Assembly: GCA_016190145.1 (NCBI GenBank)
Contig: JACPRD010000135.1
Span: 28,680-92,679, forward strand
Direction: 5' to 3'
Length of the DNA stretch: 64,000 nt
Source of the DNA: Planctomycetota bacterium
GTDB taxonomy: Bacteria > Planctomycetota > MHYJ01 > WSZJ01
Positions 28,878 through 38,803 of this stretch are shown here, one piece after another; within the stretch, counting starts at the first letter, position 1, and every line of letters begins with the position of its first letter. The notes under the pieces were generated by a model. That model was given only the letters and a program-made list of their open reading frames with translations, was not told the DNA's origin and did not search any database. A program made the position numbers and the translations under genes.

Positions 28878-30395
28878 ATGACCCCGACCACTCCCGAATC
28901 CGCATCCCGCACGTCGGTCCGCTGGGCGGCCTGGTCGCTCTGCGGCGCGGGCGTCGTCGCCGTGGCCTGGCGCGTGGCCGCGCTCTCGAAGGCGTTCGTG
29001 TGGGGGGACAGGTCCGGCTGGGCCGATCGGCCGATTGCTGAATTCGTCGCGTGGTGGCTCGTCGGCTGGCTGCTCTACGCCGCGGCGCTCCGGCTCGCCA
29101 TGCCGCTCGCACCGCGCCTGCGCGCGCTCGGGATGATCCTCCTCGTGGCCGTCGCGGCGCGCGCCGCCTTCTTCGGCACGAACCCCATCCAGGAAGACGA
29201 CGCCTACCGCTACCTCTGGGACGGCCAGCAGGTGCTCGAAGGCGTCAATCCCTACCGCTACGCGCCCCGCGAAGTCCAGGTCGCCGAGGACCCTTCCCCG
29301 GACCTGCAGAAGCTCCAGAAGGTCCTCGAGGATCCGGCCGCGCGCGACAACTTCCGCAAGATCAACAACACTGTCGTCCCGACGGTCTACCCGCCGCTCA
29401 ACATGGCCGTCTTCGCCGCCTGCCAGAAGGCAGCGCCCTGGAAACTCGACGGCCTGCGCGCCGCGTTCCTGCTCCTCGAGATCGCGACGATCCTCCTCCT
29501 CTGGTTCGCCCTGCGCGCCGCCGGCGCGAACCCCCACTGGGCCGCCGTCTACGCCTGGTGCCCCATGGTCATCAAGGAGATGTCCAACTCTCCCCACCAC
29601 GACGCTCTCGTCGGGGCCATGCTCGCCGCCTTCCTCCTCGCCGCCGTCTGCGAGCGCCCGCGCACCGCCGCCCTCTTCCTCGCCCTCGCCACCGCCGCCA
29701 AGCTCTACCCCATCGCCCTCGCCCCCGTCCTCCTCGCCTGGACCTGGCGCCGCGACCGCCGCGCCGCCCTCGCCGCCGCCGCCGTCCTCGCCGCCACCCT
29801 CGCCGCCCTCTGGGCCCCCTTCTATGAACCCGGCATCTTCCGCGGCACCGGCACCTTCGCCACGGAATGGTCCTCCAACTCCGGCGCCTTCGACCTCCTC
29901 GCCCGCGCCTGCCGCCGCTGGCTCCCCCGCGGCGACCACCCCATGCGATTTCTCGGCGCCCAGGGCCTCCGCGGCGACATCTTCGCCCGCATCGCCGCCG
30001 GTGCCGCCGCCGCCGCCTGGATCGCCTGGGTCGCCACCCGCCCCCGCTTCCCTAAACCCGCCATCGCCCGCCTCGGCCGCCCCTGGGACCTCCCCTTCCG
30101 CTGCTTCCTCGCCCTCGCCCTCCCGTTCGCCATCGCCCCCGCCCAGCACCCCTGGTACTTCGCCGGCATCCTCCCGTTCGTCGCGCTCTTTCCGTATCGC
30201 TCGTGGGTGATGCTCACGGGCCTCCTGGGCCTCTACTATCTGAAGTTCCATTTCCGGTATCACCCGGAGATGGGGGAAGAGGCGGACCGGTTCGCGGAGG
30301 TGCGCGCGCTGGAGTACGCGCCGTTCTACGCCGCGCTCATCTGGGAGGGTGTGAAGGGGTGGCTGGCGTGGCGGAGGGTTCGGGATGGCGCGTAG
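28878..30395 (+). CDS. GT-C fold membrane glycosyltransferase (GT87-like)
   Basis: EDDAYRYLWDG..GVNPYRYAP, TVYPP, YAWCP..E..H.D, KLYP, HPWY; many TM helices. Confidence 0.8.
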   Translation: MTPTTPESASRTSVRWAAWSLCGAGVVAVAWRVAALSKAFVWGDRSGWADRPIAEFVAWWLVGWLLYAAALRLAMPLAPRLRALGMILLVAVAARAAFFGTNPIQEDDAYRYLWDGQQVLEGVNPYRYAPREVQVAEDPSPDLQKLQKVLEDPAARDNFRKINNTVVPTVYPPLNMAVFAACQKAAPWKLDGLRAAFLLLEIATILLLWFALRAAGANPHWAAVYAWCPMVIKEMSNSPHHDALVGAMLAAFLLAAVCERPRTAALFLALATAAKLYPIALAPVLLAWTWRRDRRAALAAAAVLAATLAALWAPFYEPGIFRGTGTFATEWSSNSGAFDLLARACRRWLPRGDHPMRFLGAQGLRGDIFARIAAGAAAAAWIAWVATRPRFPKPAIARLGRPWDLPFRCFLALALPFAIAPAQHPWYFAGILPFVALFPYRSWVMLTGLLGLYYLKFHFRYHPEMGEEADRFAEVRALEYAPFYAALIWEGVKGWLAWRRVRDGA

Positions 30396-31245
30396 GGACC
30401 TGGTGGCGGATCTGCGCGACGTGCGGGTCCGGGTTCGGAAGGAGGCGATCCGGGAGGTAGCGCTGAAGCGTGTCCGGAGCGCGGCGAACGAAGTGGCGCT
30501 GCGGCTGCGGGACGATTCGCCGCGCGTACGCGATCTCGCGTGCTGGGCGCTGGGGACGATGGGAACCCGCGCGCACGCCGCGCGGATCGCGCGTCGGCTG
30601 CGGGATCCCGACGGGTGGACCCGGTGTCACGCCGCGGAGGCGCTCGGGTGGCTGCGCGCCCGGCGGTTCGCGCCGACGATTGCGAGGCTGCTCGCCGACC
30701 ACAACTGGCTGGTTCGGGGCCACGCGGTGCTGGCGCTCGGGGACCTGCGGTCGTTGCGCCACGGGCGGCGGATCGCGGAGATGCTCGACGACCCGCATCC
30801 CGGTGTGCGGGCGCCGGCCGCGATGGCACTCGCGATGCTGGGCCGCCGGCACCGGCTGCCCGAGATCGTCCGGCTGCTCGATTCGCCGCGGAGCCTGACG
30901 GGCGCCGTGACGGCCCTCAATATCCTCAGGGATCATCCGCTCTACCGGAAGTTGCGGTCACGGAGAATACGTGCGGCGCAGGGCGACACGCTCCGGAGTT
31001 TGCTGGCCCGTGCCGGCGTGAGGTTCGGCGCGACACGCGCGGGCCGCAGATGGCTCGGCAGGCCGTTCATGAAGTACCGCGCGGTGGCGGGTTACGACAT
31101 CTACGGGATTCTCTGGGACGTCGCCGCCGACTTCGGGCCGGGCCGCATGGGTTACGTGGTTCGCAAAGGACGATTCGTGATCGCGGACATGGATGAGGCC
31201 GTCGCGGAACTCTCGAGGGACGCCTATTCGAGCCGCTCGATGTAG
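30385..31245 (+). CDS. HEAT-repeat protein, start uncertain
   Basis: Repeats LRDDSPRVRDLACWALG / LADHNWLVRGHAVLALG / LDDPHPGVRAPAAMAL. Confidence 0.7.
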   Translation: MARRDLVADLRDVRVRVRKEAIREVALKRVRSAANEVALRLRDDSPRVRDLACWALGTMGTRAHAARIARRLRDPDGWTRCHAAEALGWLRARRFAPTIARLLADHNWLVRGHAVLALGDLRSLRHGRRIAEMLDDPHPGVRAPAAMALAMLGRRHRLPEIVRLLDSPRSLTGAVTALNILRDHPLYRKLRSRRIRAAQGDTLRSLLARAGVRFGATRAGRRWLGRPFMKYRAVAGYDIYGILWDVAADFGPGRMGYVVRKGRFVIADMDEAVAELSRDAYSSRSM

Positions 31246-32576
31246 GAGATCCACTTCTTCTCGTACTCGTCCAGCTTCCCGTCCGGAAACACCGCCTTCA
31301 CCGCGTCGGCCCACGCGGTCCCCTTCACAATTTCCGCGAACAGCTTCCTGAAATCCTTCCGGAAAGCCTCGTTGTCGCCTCGCAGGGCGTAGTAGACGAC
31401 GGCCCAGGCCTGGGCGTAATGGGCGAGGACGTCGCCCGCTTCCCATTTGTCCCCGTCGCAGCGGAAGAAGTCGCGGAAGGGGACGTGGCGGAGCGCGGTG
31501 ACGACTTCCTTGATGCGTTCGTAGCGCGTGACGAAGTCGCCGCGCGATTTCACGAGGGTGCCGAGGGTGAGGCGGGAGCCGTCCTCGGAGACGTCGCCCT
31601 TGCCGACGAATTCGGCGAGGCCTTCGTTGATCCAGTCGGGGCGCTGGGTGGTGAGGACGTCGAAGAACTGGTGCCAGCCCTCGTGCCAGAAGGTGTCGAG
31701 GGTTTCGGTGCCGATGCCGCAGACCCAGCCGCCGCCCTCGCGGTTGTAGAGCTGGATGTACTTGAAGTTGGGGTCGAAGAACCCGAGGGTGCTTTCGTGC
31801 GTGTCGTCGTCGCCGGCGGCCTTGGCGAAGTCGAGGAACTCCTGCTGGTTGCCGAGGAAAAAGACGCGGCAGACCTTGCCTTTGGGCCACTGGGCCTCGG
31901 TCATGCCGGAGAGCTTCATGTATTCCTTCCGCGTGAGCTCGAGCATGTTGTAGACGTTCACGAGGTCGGCGGAGGGCTTGCAGAGCTGCTCCAGTTTGAA
32001 CTTCTGAACGCCGTCGGCGGGGTTGATCTTCGCGGCCTCGGCCTCGATTTTGTCCATCCCGGCGGCCGTCACGCCCACGTCCGAGATGACCTGGTAGTGG
32101 CCCAGCTTCCCGGTGTACTCCAGCTTCTTCCAGGCGTGCGGCCAGCGTTTCCGGTACGGTCCCTCGATCACCGCCCGCAGCCGCTTCGCGCGGTCGGCAT
32201 AGTCGGGGTCGATGGGCCCGTCGAGCAGCGCGAGGGCCTCTTCCCAGCGCCCGAACTCATGGAGCAGGTTCGCGTAATGGACTCGGAACCAGCAGTCCTT
32301 CTTGAGTTCCACGGCTTTCGCGAACGCCTCGAGCGCCTTCGTGTCCTGCCGCAGGTCCCAGTGGGCGTGGCCCTTGTTGCCCCACCAGACCCACTCGTCG
32401 TCGGGCTTCATCGTGCCTTTCGCGGCTTCGAGGACCGCGAGCGCCTCGGCCGGCTTGTCCTGGTCGATGAGGTCGATGGCCTTGTTGCAGGCTTTGATTC
32501 CCTGAAGCGGCGGGTCCTCCGCGAGGGCGGCGAGGGAGGAGAGGAGCAGGACTGCCGGGAGGAAGAGGCGGATCAT
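31224..32576 (-). CDS. Secreted TPR and DUF1570-like zincin peptidase
   Basis: Signal peptide, TPRs, HEGWHQ (HExxH), WINEGLAEF, YAQAWAVVYY. Confidence 0.8.
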   Translation of the reverse strand: MIRLFLPAVLLLSSLAALAEDPPLQGIKACNKAIDLIDQDKPAEALAVLEAAKGTMKPDDEWVWWGNKGHAHWDLRQDTKALEAFAKAVELKKDCWFRVHYANLLHEFGRWEEALALLDGPIDPDYADRAKRLRAVIEGPYRKRWPHAWKKLEYTGKLGHYQVISDVGVTAAGMDKIEAEAAKINPADGVQKFKLEQLCKPSADLVNVYNMLELTRKEYMKLSGMTEAQWPKGKVCRVFFLGNQQEFLDFAKAAGDDDTHESTLGFFDPNFKYIQLYNREGGGWVCGIGTETLDTFWHEGWHQFFDVLTTQRPDWINEGLAEFVGKGDVSEDGSRLTLGTLVKSRGDFVTRYERIKEVVTALRHVPFRDFFRCDGDKWEAGDVLAHYAQAWAVVYYALRGDNEAFRKDFRKLFAEIVKGTAWADAVKAVFPDGKLDEYEKKWISYIERLE

Positions 32577-32624
32577 GGGCCGCTGAGAGTGTTGCATGTT
32601 GAACGGGGGCGGATCAACCGGCGG

Positions 32625-32655
32625 GTTCGGCGTTCGGCGTTCGGAGTTCGGCGTT
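32625..32655. repeat. GTTCGG(C/A) heptamer x4
   Basis: gttcggc gttcggc gttcgga gttcggc gtt. Confidence 0.9.
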
Positions 32656-32688
32656 GAAGCTTTGCGATGTCGGAATCCGATAACTCGC

Positions 32689-32716
32689 TTGACATCCGTT
32701 AGTCTTGTGATATCAT
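32689..32716 (+). promoter_or_regulatory. Possible sigma70 promoter
   Basis: TTGACA-N16-TATCAT with TG extended -10. Confidence 0.4.
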
Positions 32717-32834
32717 TTGCTGCGGTTGATGCCTGTGATTCCAACTTGTCGCCGGGCGTCCCCTCCCGCAGCGGTCCCGCCGCCCGGCGCAAAACCGCCA
32801 CTCACACGAGGGGACCTCCTGCTATGTTGAGGGT

Positions 32835-33194
32835 ATGCCCATGCTCCAGCCCAACCGCAAAACCGTCGCCGACTACATGGCGCTCCCGGAATTCCCCCGC
32901 GTCGAACTCATCGACAAGGATCGCCTCGAAAAGCTGGTCAACGGCCCCCCCGACCTCGCCATCGAAGTGCTCTCCCCCCCGCACACCGAGCGGGACCGGA
33001 TCGAAAAACGCGATCTCTATTTTGAGTCAGGCGTCGCGGAGTACTGGATCGCCGACCCCGAAACACACACGATCGAAGTTCGCCGAAGAGGCGAAAACGA
33101 CTGGGCGATCCAGGGGGTCTACCCCTGCGCAGAGGAGATTCCCTCGGCCCAGTTGCCGGGCGTCCGCATCCCCGTCGCGGAGATCTTCAGGTAG
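32835..33194 (+). pseudogene. Uma2 (DUF820) endonuclease with apparent in-frame internal deletion
   Basis: DYMALPE..VELID joined directly to KDRLEK..GPPDLAIEVLSP..EYWIADP; the central H..QPD segment is missing. Confidence 0.7.
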
Positions 33195-33280
33195 CCCCGG
33201 TTCCGCGCCCGAGGAGGCACGAATCGCGGCCGCCCGAATCACGGAACGAGAAACGAGGAACGGGACGATCGTCCGCTTCT

Positions 33281-34462
33281 CTAGCGCATCACCCCCCTCG
33301 TCTTCACCTCATGCCCCGGGAACACCGCGGCAAGATTAGCCTGCGCCTGCCGCTTCGACAGCACCTCCGCAAGAACGTCGCGATAGTCGATCGTCACGCG
33401 CAGATCCCCAGGGTCTTCGAGCTGGCCCTCCTCCATCCCCGGCCAGTCCGTCACGACGCGGCCGCCGTTCACCGCCCCGCCCATCACGTACATCACGCTC
33501 GCACGCCCGTGGTCCGTGCCGAACGCCGTGTTTTCGTACGCGCGCCGGCCGAACTCCGTCATCACGACGACCGTCGTGTGCGAGAGGTGGTCGCCCAGGT
33601 CCCGGCGGAACGCCGCCAGACCCGAGGCAAGATCCGACTGCAGCCTGTCGAACTGCACCGCCTGCCCGAAATGCGTGTCCCAGCCCCCCAGGTCCACGCA
33701 CGCCGCCTCGAGCCCCACACCCGCCTTGATCAGCCGCGCGACCGAAAGCAGCGACTCGCCGTACTCCCCTTCCGGATACTTCGCTCCCCCGGCCGGCACG
33801 TACGTCTCGCCGCGCATCCTCTCCAGCGTTCCCAGCACCTCCAGGCTCTGCTTCCCCGCCCGCGACAGGTCCGCGTCCGCCTGCCCGTAGAGCCGGTCGA
33901 GCGCGGCGGACAGCGCCGCCTGCGACGTCGCGTTCCGCCCGAGGTGGAATTCGTCGAACGACTCCAGCGCCATCGCGACGGGCGCGCCGCGAAGAGACTC
34001 CGGCAGCGTCGGCCCGAGCCCGACCGCCATGAGCGGCGTCCGCGCCTCCGCCGGACGCAGCTGCAGGTGCCGCGCCAGCCAGCCGCCCGAAACCCCCGTC
34101 TCGAGCGACACGGCCCGCTCCATCAGGTCCTGCGCCTCAAAATGCGACCGCGTCTGGTCGTCGCTTCCCACCGCGTGCACCACCGCCAGCACTTTCTCGT
34201 CCCACAGCTCCTTCATCGGCGCGAGCGCCGGGTTCAGCGCGAACTTCCCGTCGAGGTTGATCGTCTTCCCGCCCGGCTGGTCCGGCCGCGCGACGCCGAG
34301 CGTCGGGCGCAGCCGGTAGTAGGGTTTCTCGAGGAAGGGCACGACCATGTTCAGCCCGTCGGCGCCGCCGCGGAGGAAAATGCAGACGAGCGTGTCCTTC
34401 GCGGGACGGGCGGCGTTCGTGTCGAACACGACGCGAAGGAAGTTTCTGCGGGTCAGGATCAT
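33281..34462 (-). CDS. DUF1501 protein (DUF1800-associated type)
   Basis: FLRGGADGLN, RSHFEAQD, GGWDTH, MTEFGRR, GTDHG, IDYRDV. Confidence 0.88.
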   Translation of the reverse strand: MILTRRNFLRVVFDTNAARPAKDTLVCIFLRGGADGLNMVVPFLEKPYYRLRPTLGVARPDQPGGKTINLDGKFALNPALAPMKELWDEKVLAVVHAVGSDDQTRSHFEAQDLMERAVSLETGVSGGWLARHLQLRPAEARTPLMAVGLGPTLPESLRGAPVAMALESFDEFHLGRNATSQAALSAALDRLYGQADADLSRAGKQSLEVLGTLERMRGETYVPAGGAKYPEGEYGESLLSVARLIKAGVGLEAACVDLGGWDTHFGQAVQFDRLQSDLASGLAAFRRDLGDHLSHTTVVVMTEFGRRAYENTAFGTDHGRASVMYVMGGAVNGGRVVTDWPGMEEGQLEDPGDLRVTIDYRDVLAEVLSKRQAQANLAAVFPGHEVKTRGVMR

Positions 34463-34463
34463 C

Positions 34464-35963
34464 TCAACACCTCTGAAATCCGGGCGACGCCAGGATCAGG
34501 CCGACGGCTTCCTGCTTCTTGTTCCAGTCGGCGAGCGGCGAAGCGGCCAGGTACGCGGCCACCGCTTCCTTTTCCACCGGAAGCCCCTCCCGGCCCATCA
34601 GGTGTCGAAGGAAGAACGGCGTGGGATCGCCCGCCGGAGCGCCCATGGCCTTCGCGAGTTCGGCGAGCTTGACCGACGTGCCGCCGATCGATCCCGTGAG
34701 GAGGGCGAGGGCGAAGTTCCAGCGCCAGAGAAGGGTTCCGAGCCAGGGCATGGCCTCGTCGGGGTAGCCGTCGGGCGTGGGGTGCTGGAACGGCGCCTGT
34801 CCCATCGCGCCGAGGTAGCGGAGCAGTCCCGGGCTCGCATTCGTGTCGGCGCCCACGGCGCGGAGGGCGGAAACGACGAACCGGAAGGGGCGCTTGAGTT
34901 TCCGGCCTTTGGACGCCTTGAACTCGTCGCTCTTCAGGAGCGCGCGGAGCACGTCCCTGATGTCCCCGTTGCTTCCGGCGAACGCCTGCGCGACCTTTTC
35001 GACGGCCGACTTCGGCGGGTCGTCGCTCACGAACCGCCGGCAGAGCTTCTCCGCGATGTACCGCGCCGTGCTCGCGTGGCCGCAGACGATGTCGAGCACG
35101 CGCTCGAGATCCTGCTCCTTCAGCCCGGCGGGAATCCGGTGGCCGAGCACGGTCTTCTCGCCGTCGTCGTGTTCGCCCGGGTGGAATTCGACCTTCGCCT
35201 TCATCCACTGCCCCTTGTGCCGGCACCCCCATCCGGTGAGGCAGCGCGCCACCTCCATCACGTCCCTCTGCGTGTATCCCCCGCGCACGCCCAGCGTGTG
35301 CAGCTCGAGCAGCTCCCGCGCGTAGTTCTCGTTCGGCTTCTCCTCCGCGCTCGCCTTCTTGTTCTCGCGCCCGTCGAGATAGACCAGCATCGCGGGCGAA
35401 AGGGCGGAGGCGCGCACGAGGTCGCGGAAGCGGCCGAGCGCGTGCCTGCGGATCGTCTCGCGGTCGTCAGGGGTCTTGAGCCAGGCGCACTCGGACTTGC
35501 CGATGTGAATATTGAAGTGATCGGTCCAGAACTCGACCATCACCTCGAACAGCTGCCGCTTCGAGTACACGGCGCGCAGAACCGTGTAGCGCGTGAGGTC
35601 GCGCTCGATCTGCGCCTTCTCGAACTCGTACATGTCGCCCGCGCCGACGCCGATGGAGTCGAATCCGTTCGCGCGCAGGTTGCAGGCGAGGTCGTCGATG
35701 CCGTCGGGGTTCAGCTGCTCCTCGATCCAGCCGTCGGCACCGAGCTTCGAGACGCGCTCGAGATCTCCGGGCCAGGGGCCGAAGGCCGCGCGGTTCAGGA
35801 GATGGAAGCGGTCGTCGGTTTCCGCGCCGGCGGCGATCTGGAACGCGTCGGGGATCCCGCCGCCTCCGAGCCAGTCGCCGAGTTTCGCGCGGACCTTGTC
35901 GCATCCCGCGCCGAGGAGCGCGGCGCCGGCGGCGCCGGCCTTGATGAAGTCGCGGCGGTTCAC
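34464..35963 (-). CDS. DUF1800 protein with Tat/lipoprotein signal
   Basis: GTG start NRRDFIK..LLGAGC; MVEFWTDHFN, PAMLVYLD, NENYARELLELHTLG. Confidence 0.88.
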   Translation of the reverse strand: MNRRDFIKAGAAGAALLGAGCDKVRAKLGDWLGGGGIPDAFQIAAGAETDDRFHLLNRAAFGPWPGDLERVSKLGADGWIEEQLNPDGIDDLACNLRANGFDSIGVGAGDMYEFEKAQIERDLTRYTVLRAVYSKRQLFEVMVEFWTDHFNIHIGKSECAWLKTPDDRETIRRHALGRFRDLVRASALSPAMLVYLDGRENKKASAEEKPNENYARELLELHTLGVRGGYTQRDVMEVARCLTGWGCRHKGQWMKAKVEFHPGEHDDGEKTVLGHRIPAGLKEQDLERVLDIVCGHASTARYIAEKLCRRFVSDDPPKSAVEKVAQAFAGSNGDIRDVLRALLKSDEFKASKGRKLKRPFRFVVSALRAVGADTNASPGLLRYLGAMGQAPFQHPTPDGYPDEAMPWLGTLLWRWNFALALLTGSIGGTSVKLAELAKAMGAPAGDPTPFFLRHLMGREGLPVEKEAVAAYLAASPLADWNKKQEAVGLILASPGFQRC

Positions 35964-36535
35964 CGGTGCGATACCTCTTCGGGACCCGCGACCGCGAAGG
36001 CGGGCTGGGCCACGGGGATGTGCGGCGCGGGCTCGGGCTGCGGCAGGGGCCGCGCGGCGCGGACGGGAATGAGCGAAAGGGCGGCGGCGCCCAGGCCGGT
36101 GACGAGCGCGACGGGATACACGAAGAGCCAGCCGACGAGCGGGAAGACGCATGCGAGCTCGAGGATCACGGCGCCGCGCACCACGGCGCGCCAGGGGCGC
36201 TCGCGGTCCACCGGGCTGGGCGTCGCCCGGCCGATGGCGCCCGCGATGCCGCCGAGCCCGGCGAGGGCCGTCAGTCCGCCCGCCAGCCCGATCACGGCCG
36301 CGAGGAACTTCGCCGCGGGCGCGGGAGCGCTTCCCAGCCCCGCCGCCAGTGCCAGCACGAATCCCGCGGCCGGCAGGCCGGCGAGGAACGTGAGGAAGGG
36401 GTGTTTCGCGACGCGCGCTTCCGCCCTCGAAGCCATCCGGGGGGCGAAGACGCCGAACAGGACGGTGATGCACGGCATGGCGATGAGCACGGCGATGACG
36501 AGGAAGACGATGGCGGACACGTCGCCGAGGGTCAT
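35960..36535 (-). CDS. Membrane protein (about 4 TM)
   Basis: Hydrophobic segments; GTGA overlap with the DUF1800 gene. Confidence 0.72.
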   Translation of the reverse strand: MTLGDVSAIVFLVIAVLIAMPCITVLFGVFAPRMASRAEARVAKHPFLTFLAGLPAAGFVLALAAGLGSAPAPAAKFLAAVIGLAGGLTALAGLGGIAGAIGRATPSPVDRERPWRAVVRGAVILELACVFPLVGWLFVYPVALVTGLGAAALSLIPVRAARPLPQPEPAPHIPVAQPAFAVAGPEEVSHR

Positions 36536-36626
36536 GGGAGGTGGCTCCTGGTTTTCGGGGTCTGAGCGGATATACAGGAGCTGAATTGTCTCGGTTTCAC
36601 GGATCTGGATAGGCCAAGGGAGCGTT

Positions 36627-36663
36627 TTCGGCGTTCGGCGTTCGGCGTTCGGCGTTCGGAGTT
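36627..36663. repeat. GTTCGG(C/A) heptamer x5
   Basis: ttcggc (gttcggc)3 gttcgga gtt. Confidence 0.9.
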
Positions 36664-36679
36664 TGAGCGGCGGGACCGG

Positions 36680-37828
36680 CTAGGGCGGAGGGCGCCGTTT
36701 GAGAAGCATCCCGGCCTGGATGAGGACGCCGGCCGCAACAACCGCGGCCGCGAGCACGTAGCCCGAGGGTGTCCAGCCCGTCCGGTGCTGGATCAACCCT
36801 CCCGTCATGGGAACCACGAAATTGCTCGCGCCGATCACGGCCTCGTGAATCCCCGCCCTCGCACCGCGCGCTTCGTCCGAATGAACCGAATAGTAGATGC
36901 TCGCCGAATAGGACAGCCCGAGGCCGAGTCCCGCGGCGAGCGCGGCGCCGATGGCCACCGGCGTCGGCACTCCGAAACCGATCACGACAAGGGCCGCGGC
37001 GCTGGCGGCCTGCCAGAACAGGAGCGCGCCTGGGCGGTAGCGCCACCCGGACCAGCGCCCGAAGATCCAGAAAGCGGCCGTCTGGGCGAGGAACACGGCG
37101 GCCAGGACGTTGGAATAGTCCTCGGGCGGGCGTCCGAGCGTCGTCACGAGGTCCTCGTACAGGTAGTTGAGCGTCGCGCCGAGTCCGTACGCCGCGAAGT
37201 TGGCGATCCAGGCGGCGCGCAGATAGGCCGCGCGCACGGAGGCCGGCGGACCGTGCTCCTCCACGAGCGGCGCCGCCACCGCCCGATGCCCCGCCGCGCG
37301 CGAGGGCACGACCGCGGCGAGCGCCATCGAGAGCGCGCCGCAGGCGACGAGGATGTCCATATGGAAGCGGTCCCAGGCGAGGCCGCAGACGAAGAAACCG
37401 AGCGTCTTCCCCATGCTCCAGGAGAGCGAGAACTTGCCGAGATTCTTCTCCAGGTCTCCGGGAGCCGACTCGTCCCCCACCAGCGCCTGCAGCCCCGGCC
37501 AGATCAGCGCGTTGGCGATGCCGCCCAGCGGTGCGACCGCATAGATCCACTTCACCGAAGTGGCCCGCCACGCGAGGAAGCAGAATCCGGCGAACATGAG
37601 GAAGCCGATCCGGGCAAGCGTGGTGCGCGAGACGCGATCCGAGAGGCGGCCGGCGAGGAGCGAGGTCACGACGTACGCGAGGCCGCCGGGGATGGCCAGC
37701 GCCCCGAGCTGGGCCGGGGTCGCGCCGGCCTCGAGGCGCGCCCAGACGGGGATGACGCTCCACGCGACAAAAAGCGACAGGTCCTGTCCGAACGACACGA
37801 TGTAGTTGCGCGGGGAGAGGCCGGACAT
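36680..37828 (-). CDS. MFS transporter
   Basis: GRLSDRVSR motif A; about 12 TM helices. Confidence 0.85.
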   Translation of the reverse strand: MSGLSPRNYIVSFGQDLSLFVAWSVIPVWARLEAGATPAQLGALAIPGGLAYVVTSLLAGRLSDRVSRTTLARIGFLMFAGFCFLAWRATSVKWIYAVAPLGGIANALIWPGLQALVGDESAPGDLEKNLGKFSLSWSMGKTLGFFVCGLAWDRFHMDILVACGALSMALAAVVPSRAAGHRAVAAPLVEEHGPPASVRAAYLRAAWIANFAAYGLGATLNYLYEDLVTTLGRPPEDYSNVLAAVFLAQTAAFWIFGRWSGWRYRPGALLFWQAASAAALVVIGFGVPTPVAIGAALAAGLGLGLSYSASIYYSVHSDEARGARAGIHEAVIGASNFVVPMTGGLIQHRTGWTPSGYVLAAAVVAAGVLIQAGMLLKRRPPP

Positions 37829-37930
37829 GGGGGCGCAGTTTATCCGCAGGGGTCGAAAGTGGGGAGCGAAGGGCCCGCGCGCGGGCGTCCCTGTTCCTGG
37901 CCCTGCCCGTCGTGCACCCGGCCTCCGGCC

Positions 37931-38803
37931 TTACGGCGTGACCGGCACGGGCTCCTTGATCCGCACCGCCTGGATCCCGTCCGCGGTCAGATAGATCTCG
38001 ATCCGGTTCTGTTCGACCAGCCGGTCGAGCGCGCGCCGCCTGAGGTCCGGGATTTCCGCCAGGCGCTCGCTGCGCCACCGTGTGACGAAGAAGTGCACCC
38101 CGACGTATCCGCCCGGCATCGCCGCCTGGGCGCGCCGGATTTCCTCGACGCACGCGGTGAGAATGGTCTCCGCTTCGGCACCGGCCGGCAGGGTGATAGG
38201 CTCGCCCGTCGTCGTCACGGCGTGGTGGGCGTCCCACGACTCGCCCGGCGCCCGAGCGAACTGCTCGAGTCCCTCGGCGAGGTTGATGTGATCGAACGCC
38301 GCGCGACGGATGCGCGCGGAAAGCCCGGACGAGCCCCAGCTCGCCACGTAAACCTGCTTCCCGAGAGCGCGCACGCCCTCGACCGCGGGCACGAGATCCG
38401 CATCGCCCGAGATCAGCACCGCCATGTCGAACGCGTTCACAGCCGCCAGGCGCAGCATGTCCGCCGTCATCGTCGTGTCGACTTCCTTCTCCTGGCTGAA
38501 CCGGTTCTGCGCGCCGCACTGCGGGCAGGTCGTGGTGCGCATTTTCTGGGGGAAGCGCTGGACGAAGAAACCGGGCTGGAGGGTGAGCATCTCGAGGAAG
38601 TTGTCGAGCTTGTCCTGCGAGGGACTGCGCTGGGCGAGATCCGCCTCGACGCCCGTGTAGTAGTAGGCGCCCCAGAGGTGGTCGCCGCCGACCGATTTCA
38701 CGATCCACTGGGACAACTTCCGGAAATCGATGTCACGACCGGCCGTCTGGTCCTTCCATCCGGCGTAGAAGTTTTTACCGTCGAAGAAGAGTACGACGCG
38801 CAT
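37931..38803 (-). CDS. NYN-domain (LabA/DUF88) PIN-fold protein
   Basis: FFDGKNF, EKEVD, LISGDADLVPAV; CPQC insert. Confidence 0.88.
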   Translation of the reverse strand: MRVVLFFDGKNFYAGWKDQTAGRDIDFRKLSQWIVKSVGGDHLWGAYYYTGVEADLAQRSPSQDKLDNFLEMLTLQPGFFVQRFPQKMRTTTCPQCGAQNRFSQEKEVDTTMTADMLRLAAVNAFDMAVLISGDADLVPAVEGVRALGKQVYVASWGSSGLSARIRRAAFDHINLAEGLEQFARAPGESWDAHHAVTTTGEPITLPAGAEAETILTACVEEIRRAQAAMPGGYVGVHFFVTRWRSERLAEIPDLRRRALDRLVEQNRIEIYLTADGIQAVRIKEPVPVTP

